From an uncultured Chloroflexia bacterium (GTDB lineage: Bacteria > Chloroflexota > Limnocylindria > Limnocylindrales > CSP1-4): DNA of 64,000 bases. A program made the translations under genes and the position numbers. The stretch covers positions 981,580-1,045,579 of the forward strand of contig CAVWLQ010000003.1 in NCBI GenBank assembly GCA_963755995.1, written 5' to 3'. Shown here piece by piece: positions 15,382 through 23,071 of the stretch (within the stretch, counting starts at the first letter, position 1; the number at the start of each line of letters is the position of its first letter). A model generated the notes under the pieces. That model saw only the letters and a list, made by a program, of their open reading frames with translations. It was not told the origin of the DNA and made no database searches.

Positions 15382-17721
15382 TCAGGCGGCCGGCGTGACC
15401 GGCTCCGTTCCGCCGACGCTGATCAACCACCGGGCGAGTTCGATCCTCGAGTTCAAACCGAGTTTGTTGAGCATGTTGGTGACGTGCGCCTCAACCGTGC
15501 GCTCGGAGATGAAGAGCCTGGTCGCGATATCGCGGCTCGTCATCTCCTGCGCGATGAGGCGTGCGATCTCCAACTCGCGTTTGGTGAGGCGTATCTCGGT
15601 CTTCGGCTTGACGGGCGTCGTGGCCGGCAACGGCAGTCGGTCCTCCACGGCGAAGGCGACTGCGTCATCGATCGTCATCGTGAGACCGCCGTGGTACGAC
15701 TCGTCATAGGGCGTCTGCCCGAGGCCTTCCAGAGCAAGGGCGATCGAACGCTCGTGTTGCTGCCGCTGGGCATCCGGGACTTCGAGACCAGTGACCTTGC
15801 GGACGTGCTCGGCCGAACCCAGGAGCATCGCGGCACGGTGATGCCCACCACCTTCGGCCGCCATCCAGGCAAGGGTCTCGAGTAGAAGCTGAAGTCCGGA
15901 CCGGTCGTCGATGACGTGCTTCGTCGCGGTGCCGGCCCTCGCCTGGACCTCGGCGAGCCGTCGGTCGCCCGCTCGCCAATGAACTTGCGACGTGGCGCCG
16001 AGCATGTACCCGCGAGCCCACAGCTCGCCTCGCGCCTGGCTGATCCCGACACCCTCCTCACCGAGTTCGAGCGCCCGTTCTGACTGACCGGCCATCGGCA
16101 GGATGTTGCACAAGGCTGCCGTCGCGACCGCCTGGCTCGGCCAGCTCCCGAGCGATCTCGCGAGTGCGAGCGATGACTCGGCCAGCTCGACGGATTCGGT
16201 CAGGTTGCCCGACATCGCAAGTGGGATCGAGAGCCAGGCGAGCGACAGGGCCATCGCCTCCGGATCGCCCGACGCCGTCGCAGCTCGAAGACTTTCGCGT
16301 GCCAGCAATTCGCGGGCCTCGACGTCGTTCTGACTATTGGCCATCACGGCTGCGGCGCGCAGGTAGTGCGCCCGAGCGGCGGAGTCCTCGGCAGTCTGCG
16401 TAGCGAGCGACGTCAGCATCCGTCGAAGGTCACCGAATTGTCCGCGCGAGGACCAATACGCAAGGAGATGCTGGGCAAGGTCGGCCCCGACTGGCGCCGC
16501 GTCAGGTTCTCGGGCACAGAACTCGAGCGCCGCCCAGAGATTGTCGCGCTCCAGGTCCATGCGCTTGAAGAGTTCGGCCTGTCGGTCGTCAAAGGCCCCG
16601 ACCGACCTGGCCAGCCCCGTGACCCATGTCAGGTGCCGGCCTTGGGTGCCGACAGCCTCGCCAATGTCTCGCAGGCGCTCACGACCGTATTGACGAATGG
16701 TCTCGAGGAACGAGTAACGGGGCGTATTTCCGCTCGTCAGCTCGCGCCGAACGATCGACTTCTCGACCAATGACCCGAGCAGCTCGACGACCCGCTCTTG
16801 CGGCACGCGATCGTCGGCGCACACCTCGATCGCGGCATCAGCATCGAAGCCGCCGGCGAACACCGAGAGTCGGGCCCAGAGGACCTGTTCGGCCTCGTCG
16901 AGCAGTCCGTAGCTCCAGCCGATCGTTGCCTCGAGTGTCTGCTGACGAGCCTCGGCCCCCCGGTTCCCGCTCCCCAGGGCTGACAGGGAACTGGCCAAGC
17001 CCTGGTTGAGCTGGTCGATGCTCAACGCACCCAACCGGACGGCAGCCAGCTCGATCGCAAGGGGGATCCCGTCCAGACGCTGGCAGAGTCGGAGGATCGG
17101 CTCAGCGTTCTTATCGTCGATCGCGAAACCGGGAAGCACGGCCGCCGCGCGCTCGCTCAGCAACCGGACGGCCTCCGAGTTCGCGAGGCTGTCCGTCGAA
17201 GGCTCGTCAGCGTCGAGCGGCAGCGACATCGGTGGGACGGGCATCCTGACCTCGCCGACCACCCCGAGCGGCTGTCGGCTGGTGGCGAGGAGATACACCT
17301 CCGGACAAGCTTTGAGGAGCGTGCTGGCCAGGACGGCACACGCGTCCAGAAGGTGCTCGCAGTTGTCGATCACGATCAGGAGACGTTTTCCGGCAAGGAA
17401 GCTCGTGAGCGTGACGAGCGACCAATCGGACGAGCGGTCTTCGGCACCAAGGGCGACGAAGATGGCCTGGGGGACGAGCAAGGGATCCTGAACCGGAGCA
17501 AGCGGTGCGAACCAAACGCCATCGGGAAAGCCGCGCGCCACCTCAGCCGCAGCGCTGACCGCCAGCCTCGTCTTGCCCACCCCGCCACTGCCCGTCAGCG
17601 TCAGCAGACGGGTGGTCGCCAACAGCCTCTTGACTTCGTGCAGTTCGTGGCGCCGTCCGACGAAGCTTGTCGGCTCGACCGGGAGTCTCTGGGTCCGAGC
17701 CCTGGCGGCGGGGGTCTTCAC
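15382..17721 (-). CDS. AAA/NB-ARC-like ATPase - TPR - LuxR HTH transcriptional regulator (COG3903-type), second copy
   Basis: Start chosen at GTG 17721 (VKTPAARARTQRLPVEPTSFVGRRHEL...), just after the stop of the upstream DUF4242 gene. It has a P-loop ([13 protein letters not shown]) and a C-terminal HTH (LTKRELEIARLIAQEMTSRDIATRLFISERTVEAHVTNMLNKLGL). Confidence 0.85.
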   Translation of the reverse strand: MKTPAARARTQRLPVEPTSFVGRRHELHEVKRLLATTRLLTLTGSGGVGKTRLAVSAAAEVARGFPDGVWFAPLAPVQDPLLVPQAIFVALGAEDRSSDWSLVTLTSFLAGKRLLIVIDNCEHLLDACAVLASTLLKACPEVYLLATSRQPLGVVGEVRMPVPPMSLPLDADEPSTDSLANSEAVRLLSERAAAVLPGFAIDDKNAEPILRLCQRLDGIPLAIELAAVRLGALSIDQLNQGLASSLSALGSGNRGAEARQQTLEATIGWSYGLLDEAEQVLWARLSVFAGGFDADAAIEVCADDRVPQERVVELLGSLVEKSIVRRELTSGNTPRYSFLETIRQYGRERLRDIGEAVGTQGRHLTWVTGLARSVGAFDDRQAELFKRMDLERDNLWAALEFCAREPDAAPVGADLAQHLLAYWSSRGQFGDLRRMLTSLATQTAEDSAARAHYLRAAAVMANSQNDVEARELLARESLRAATASGDPEAMALSLAWLSIPLAMSGNLTESVELAESSLALARSLGSWPSQAVATAALCNILPMAGQSERALELGEEGVGISQARGELWARGYMLGATSQVHWRAGDRRLAEVQARAGTATKHVIDDRSGLQLLLETLAWMAAEGGGHHRAAMLLGSAEHVRKVTGLEVPDAQRQQHERSIALALEGLGQTPYDESYHGGLTMTIDDAVAFAVEDRLPLPATTPVKPKTEIRLTKRELEIARLIAQEMTSRDIATRLFISERTVEAHVTNMLNKLGLNSRIELARWLISVGGTEPVTPAA

Positions 17722-17732
17722 GGAAGCCCACC

Positions 17733-18092
17733 CTACACCCCGGCTGATGTCCTGGGGTCGGGCAAGTCGAATGCGGGCTCGATGCTTTGGAACGGGGCGA
17801 GGGACGCTTCGTTCACGGCTCGGACGAGCGCGAGGCTGACGCTTGCGAACCGCGAGAGCAATCGCCCTTGTCCGGGAATGAACGTTGAGCTCAGGTATGT
17901 GACCCGATCGCCGCGACGCTCGAACCGGTCGACGGCCTCGCACAGGGCCGCCTGGAGCATCACCAGCCCGCGCTCGGTGATCGCCGGCAGGCGACGCTCC
18001 ACGAGGAAAAGGCGCAGCTGGTCAGTCGACGGCTCATCGCAGGAGACCGGCGGCCGGCTCGGATGCCGGTCGCTCGGCGGTTTTGTTTCCAT
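17733..18092 (-). CDS. DUF4242 family protein, co-oriented with and directly upstream of the LuxR regulator
   Basis: ...[76 protein letters not shown]... fits DUF4242. I prefer ATG 18092 over 18134 because it gives the same 57-nt spacing to the GTAC inverted repeat as at 11815. Confidence 0.65.
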   Translation of the reverse strand: METKPPSDRHPSRPPVSCDEPSTDQLRLFLVERRLPAITERGLVMLQAALCEAVDRFERRGDRVTYLSSTFIPGQGRLLSRFASVSLALVRAVNEASLAPFQSIEPAFDLPDPRTSAGV

Positions 18093-18148
18093 GTGATGGA
18101 GCCTACGAGCGCCCACGGCATCAGGGATCGTCACCGTCTCGTAGGGAA

Positions 18149-18215
18149 GTACCTATTTGTCGTTGGCGACACGGCGCACACGATCGAACGATCTCAGTGA
18201 AGCCGAAATAGGTAC
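18149..18215. promoter_or_regulatory. inverted repeat GTACCTATTT-N47-AAATAGGTAC in the divergent DUF4242 / DUF4386 promoter region
   Basis: Perfect 10-bp arms at 18149-18158 and 18206-18215. They begin with the same GTAC as the repeat at 11872. Confidence 0.45.
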
Positions 18216-18308
18216 CAACATACGAGTCGGATCCGATGGCGGCCGCGCGGTTCCTTCGCAGTCTGCAGAGGTCACGCATCAGCGGACAGCAGACAAAGGA
18301 GCGAGGAC

Positions 18309-19101
18309 ATGACCACCGCAATCCAGACCGGGACCAGGCAGCGGACGATTTCCGAGCGCTCGACCGTGGCCTCACCCAAGCGCCTCGCGAGGATCGCGGG
18401 CCTCCTCTATCTCGCCGTTGGCATCTTGGGCGGGTTCGCCTTTGCCGGCGTCTACAGCGCCATGTACGTGGCAGGCGATGCGGCCGCCACCGCCGGCAAC
18501 CTGTTCGCGAACGCCGGACTCGTCAAGATCGGCGTCGCCGCGGACCTGATCCAGGTGGTCGTCTGGGTCTTCCTGGCGCTGACCCTCTACGTGCTGCTCC
18601 AGCACGTGAGCGGCTACGCCGCGCGCGCAATGGTCGTCCTGGTGGCGATCGGAGCGTCGATCAGCTTCCTGAACATCCTGTTCGAGTTCCAGGGCATGCG
18701 GATCGCGACCGACCCGACCTACACCGCGACGGTCGGCGCCGCGGGAGCGACGGCCCTTGCCATGGTGATGCTCGACCTGCAGCACTACGGCTATGCGATC
18801 GCCGGGATCTTCTTCGGTCTGTGGCTGGTGCCGCTCGGCTATCTCGCCTTCAAGTCAGGCATGTTCCCGCGGGTGCTGGGTGTCGTCCTCGTCGTCGGTG
18901 GCATCGGCTACCTGTTCGACACGCTCGCCGACATTCGTGGCCCCAGAGCTGACCCCGATCATTCACCCGATCGCAGCACTGCTTGGCATCGTCGCAGAGG
19001 TGTCACTCCTCGCCTACCTCCTCGTGAAGGGAGTGCGCAGTCCCCGCGTCGAGGACCGGCCGTCCGCGACGGCCGCGACTCCGGCGCCAGCGGCTGCGTA
19101 G
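18309..19101 (+). CDS. DUF4386 membrane protein, +1 frameshift near 18934
   Basis: ORF 18309..19223 is DUF4386-like up to ...GYLFDTLAD. The true C-terminus (VAPELTPIIHPIAALLGIVAEVSLLAYLLVKGVR) lies in ORF 18793..19101. Removing one T from the TT at 18934-18935 joins them. Length is 793 nt, which is 1 mod 3. Confidence 0.75.
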
Positions 19102-19219
19102 GCCAACGAACCGCCGGACCCAATTTCCTCCGTCGCGGCGGCATTCGCCGCCGCGACGGGACCTTTCTGCAGCCAAACCACGGAGCGCACCCGCTCCGCC
19201 GACCAAAGGAGCGACCGCC

Positions 19220-19655
19220 ATGATCCAGTCACCCGCGACGACCGCCCTGACGCAGTCCACTACCCCGGACCGGACCGACGAGACTGACCAGACCTGGATC
19301 CGGCCATGGCTCCGGATCGAGGGCCTCGCCGTCTTCGCCGCCGGACTCGCAGGCTTCCTCTTCCTGGGCCCGCAGTGGTGGGCCTTCCCGCTCCTGCTCC
19401 TCGTCCCGGACGTGTCGATGGTCGGCTACCTGCGCGGTCCGCGGGTCGGTGCGATCGTCTACAACCTTGCCCATGATCTCGCGACCGGCGTGGTGATCGC
19501 CGGCTGTGGGCCTGGCCAGCGGGAGCGTGCCCGTGGCCGCCATCGGCGCCATCTTCGTGGCGCACAGCGGGATGGACCGGATGATGGGCTACGGCCTGAA
19601 GCTCCCGAGTTCATTCAAGGACACCCACCTCGGCCGGATCGGTCGCGGCCACTGA
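19220..19655 (+). CDS. DUF4260 membrane protein, +1 frameshift near 19508
   Basis: ...WLRIEGLAVFAAGLAGFLFLGPQWWAFPLLLLVPDVSMVGYLRGPRVGAIVYNLAHD... continues in another frame as LASGSVPVAAIGAIFVAHSGMDRMMGYGLKLPSSFKDTHLGRIGRGH*. The extra G lies in GGG 19508-19510. Confidence 0.7.
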
Positions 19656-19826
19656 GGCAACGAGCGTTTGACTCGGACCGCCTTTCGGCCGCACCCGGAG
19701 GGCGGTTCAGTTGGCTCCAAGGGGTGCGGGGACTTCGTCGCGTGAGGACGCGGTGGCTTGGCACGACCTGCCCCATCGAAATCGGCTGAGACGATCGCGT
19801 CCGCCGATCCCGACGACGTAACGCGG

Positions 19827-20651
19827 TCAGCGCCGAACGGTTCCGGCAGTCAGACCCTGGATGAAGCTGCGTTGCAGCACCACGAACAGCAGCAGCGGCG
19901 GGATGATCATGATCGCCATACCCGCGAAGGTGAGCCCCTGGTCAGTGGCATAGAACGTCGAGAATCGGCTGATCGCCAAGGGCGCCGTGAAGACGTCCGG
20001 CTTCTGCAGGAGCACCAGCGATCCACCGAAGTCGTTCCAGGTGAACACCGCCACGATGACCGCGACGGCGACGATCCCGGGACGCGCGAGCGGGATCGAC
20101 GATCCGCAGCAGGACGGCGAGCCGCCCCGCACCGTCGACGCGGGCGGCATCGACGACGTCCTGGGGGATCGTGCGGAAGTAGCCGACGAAGATGACGGTC
20201 GCGAACGAGACGGTCCCGACGACGTTGTAGAACGCGAGCCCTGGCAGGCTGTTGATCAGACCCAGCGACTTGAAGATCGAGAACATCGGCACGATCAGAA
20301 CCTCGGTCGGGATGATCAAGGGAGCGAGCACCACCAGGAAGAGCACGGCGCGGGCGGGCGGTCGAAGGCGTGTCAAGGAGTAGGCTGCCGTGACCGACAG
20401 CACGAGGACGACCGCCACGGTCATCACCGTGACATAGACCGAATTCATCAACGCCAGGCCGAGCTGCCCGCGGCTCCACGCCTCGCCGATGTTGCCGATG
20501 GCCGGCGGCCATGGCATGTCCCACGGAGCGCGGTAGATGTCGGCGCTCGACTTGACGCGTTGGTCAACGTCCAGGCCAGTGGATACAACCAAGCCAAAGC
20601 GAGAACGCTGAGCACGACGGTGGACAGTCGGATTCGCAACAGCGCCCTCAC
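19827..20651 (-). CDS. carbohydrate ABC transporter permease (MalG/CUT1-type), two compensating frameshifts (about 20560 and about 20100)
   Basis: The N-terminus (VRALLRIRLSTVVLSVLALAWLYPLAWTLTNA) and C-terminus (ARPGIVAVAVIVAVFTWNDFGGSLVLLQ...LQRSFIQGLTAGTVRR) share one frame. The middle part lies in ORF 19942..20592. The GTG start overlaps the stop of the upstream permease. Confidence 0.7.
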
Positions 20652-21649
20652 GAGCTCACCGCCTCGGCTCGACGGTTGAGGATCCGGTATTCGACGATCG
20701 CGAGCACCAGGATCAAGAAGAGCAGGATCATCGCCATCGCCTGCGCATAGCCGACCTGGAGGAACCGGAACGCGGTCGAGTAGACGTCGGTCGCGACCGT
20801 CTCTGTGGCGTGTGAGGGGCCGCCGGCCGTCATGACCCACACCATGTCGAAGATCCGCAGGGTTCCGAGGGTCGTCAGCAGCACCAGGGCGAACGTCTGC
20901 GGCCACAGCAGCGGCCATGTGATCAGGCGAAACTGCTGGAACCGGCTGGCACCTTCGAGGACCGCGTGTTCGTAGTACTCGGGCGGCAGTGCGCGGATCC
21001 CCGCCAGGTACACGATCATGTTGAACCCGGCGAACCGCCACAGGAACGCCGCCATGATCGCCCACAACGCGATGTCGCCCTCTGAGAGCGGAGCCACCGT
21101 CAGGGTGTCGAACCCGAGGGCTGACCCGACCGTTGCCGCGACCCCGAAGTACGGCGCGTAGAGGAACTTCCAGACCGCGCCGACCGCGACCGGAGCAAGG
21201 AAGAAGGGTGCGAGGAACACGAGCTGGAAGAAGGCCGCTCCACGCTTGATGTCGGCGACGAGGACGGCGAGGAAGAGTCCCAGCCCGGTCAGGAGCACGA
21301 CGGCGACGCCGGTGAAGAGGAAGGTGTTCAGCAGGCTTCGATGGAAGACGGCGTCCCCCAGGATCGCGCGCACGTAGTGGTCGATGCCCACGAAGGTCGT
21401 GGGTTCGAAGCCCTTGGTGTCATGCAGGCTGAGCGCGATGCCGTAGACGAGCGGGTAGAAGAGGAAGCCGACCAGGATCGCCAGGACCGGCAGGAGGAAC
21501 AGAAGGTCGGTCGCTCGGTCGCGGTGCGGGCGGCGGAGGAACGCGAGGCGAGGTCGCGACTCGATCAAGCGACGGTCGGCGACTGGAGCATCAGGACTCG
21601 CGAGCGGGATAGGACCGGCCGAACCATACTCGCTCGGCGGCCGTGACAT
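20648..21649 (-). CDS. carbohydrate ABC transporter permease (MalF/CUT1-type)
   Basis: Only the C-terminal 333 aa of ORF 20648..22660 are credible (MSRPPSEYG...LLFLLPVLAILVGFLFYPLVYGIALSL...EGASRFQQFRLITWPLLWP...). The N-terminal part of that ORF is antisense to the SBP gene. Confidence 0.8.
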   Translation of the reverse strand: MSRPPSEYGSAGPIPLASPDAPVADRRLIESRPRLAFLRRPHRDRATDLLFLLPVLAILVGFLFYPLVYGIALSLHDTKGFEPTTFVGIDHYVRAILGDAVFHRSLLNTFLFTGVAVVLLTGLGLFLAVLVADIKRGAAFFQLVFLAPFFLAPVAVGAVWKFLYAPYFGVAATVGSALGFDTLTVAPLSEGDIALWAIMAAFLWRFAGFNMIVYLAGIRALPPEYYEHAVLEGASRFQQFRLITWPLLWPQTFALVLLTTLGTLRIFDMVWVMTAGGPSHATETVATDVYSTAFRFLQVGYAQAMAMILLFLILVLAIVEYRILNRRAEAVSS

Positions 21650-21742
21650 GGTCACGACCGTGAGCAACGAGGAGCTGCCGAGTGGAGCCGATCCATCCAA
21701 GACAGCGACCGCGCATGGACACGCCCGCACGGTCGCCGCGAC

Positions 21743-23071
21743 GTGCTCAAGCTCGGTGCCATCATCGCCGCCGGCGGCGTGGCTGCACCGTTGCTCGCCG
21801 CGTGTGGTGCGTCGCGTGGAACCGCCTCGGCGCCCACCGGGACCGTGTCCGGGCCGATCACCGTCCTGGTCGGAGGCAGCGATCCGAGCACAGAGCCTGC
21901 ACTGAAGCGCGTCTATGACGACTTCAAGACCGAGAACCCCGGGATCGTCTGGGACATCCGCGCGATCTCCGGCTTCGGTGCTGAACTGGATCGCCTCTCG
22001 CGCGCCGCATTGGAGTCCGGCGAGCCGGTGGGGCTCGTGACGATCGACGGACTGTTCGTTCGAGCCTGGACGCGCGATGGCCTGCTGGCGGACCTCGGCG
22101 CGGACCCCGGGATGGCCTCGGTGCTTGGCCGCGTGCCTCCGTCGTTCCACCTGGGCGGTCCCGGAGAGACCACGACCAGGGCGTTTCCACTCGCCCTGAG
22201 CCGGGGCGTCCAGACCACGGGCCTGTACTACAACAAGGCGCTCCTGGACCGGGCCGGTCTCGAGCCACCGAAGACGATCGCGGACCTCAAGGCGATGGTC
22301 GCGCCCTTGGCGTCGCTCGGCGCAGCACCTCTGGTCCACTGCTCCGGTGACGTCTCCTTCAACACCCTGCTCATCACCTGGCTGCTGCCGATGATCGCGG
22401 AGCGAACGGGCGACCCGCTGGCATTCGTCGAGAGCACGATCCGAGGCGACATCGGGTACGACAACCCTGAGTGGACCGAAGCCTTCCAGATCATCGCCGA
22501 CCTCCGGACGTCCGGCGTCCTGCTCGCGGGGTCCGGGGCGACCGACTACGCGACGATGCAACTGCTCTTCCTGCAGGGAAAGGCCGCCATGACCTACAAC
22601 GGCACGTGGCTTCTCGCGCCTCTCCAGAAGGGCACGCCGACGGTCCCCTTCGACATTCACGTAGCTCCCCTACCCCTCGTTCATGAGGGGGCGACGGCCC
22701 GCTCCATCCTTGCCTGGGGTGGCCTCGCGATGCCCGCCAAGACCGCCGCGAGCCATGACAGCGTGGTTGCCTTCCTTGAATACGCGAGTCGGCCCGAGGT
22801 GGACAAGGCCATCGTCGAGGGCCTGCAGGTCTATTCACCCATCGCGGCATCGAACAGCGGGATCCACGACCCCGTCGCGCGGGAGTTCCTGCCGATGTTC
22901 GAGGACGCCATCACGCCACTCAACTGGCTGTGGGAGCCGGAGATCGAAGCCGAGATGGACGACCAGATCCAGGCTCTCGTGAAAGGCGATACCGACCCCG
23001 CGTCGGTCGGGAAGGCCATCGAGGCCGTCGCCCAGGACCTGCGGACGTCAGGACGCGGTTACTACAGTTGA
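21743..23071 (+). CDS. ABC transporter extracellular solute-binding protein, family 1 (sugar), lipoprotein
   Basis: 442 aa. The signal peptide ends in the lipobox LLAAC. It is divergent from the two permease genes. In-frame codons just upstream read GRRD before VLKLGA, a Tat-like RRxxLK motif, but no start codon is available there. Confidence 0.8.
   Translation: MLKLGAIIAAGGVAAPLLAACGASRGTASAPTGTVSGPITVLVGGSDPSTEPALKRVYDDFKTENPGIVWDIRAISGFGAELDRLSRAALESGEPVGLVTIDGLFVRAWTRDGLLADLGADPGMASVLGRVPPSFHLGGPGETTTRAFPLALSRGVQTTGLYYNKALLDRAGLEPPKTIADLKAMVAPLASLGAAPLVHCSGDVSFNTLLITWLLPMIAERTGDPLAFVESTIRGDIGYDNPEWTEAFQIIADLRTSGVLLAGSGATDYATMQLLFLQGKAAMTYNGTWLLAPLQKGTPTVPFDIHVAPLPLVHEGATARSILAWGGLAMPAKTAASHDSVVAFLEYASRPEVDKAIVEGLQVYSPIAASNSGIHDPVAREFLPMFEDAITPLNWLWEPEIEAEMDDQIQALVKGDTDPASVGKAIEAVAQDLRTSGRGYYS

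Noticed and set aside
18309-19655. Calling the frameshifted island genes (DUF4386, DUF4260, permease) pseudogenes as evidence of island decay
   Set aside because: Identical homopolymer-type frameshifts affect secD, secF, uvrA, tpiA, recJ and rapZ. The parsimonious explanation is sequencing or assembly error.
19656-19826. Hairpin GACCGCC...GGCGGTT between the convergent DUF4260 and permease genes as a terminator
   Set aside because: The stem is only 6-7 bp with an 18-nt loop and no U tract, which is too weak to call.
21650-22660. N-terminal 337 aa of ORF 20648..22660
   Set aside because: Antisense to the well-supported sugar-binding protein gene. The permease homology begins only at the internal ATG at 21649.
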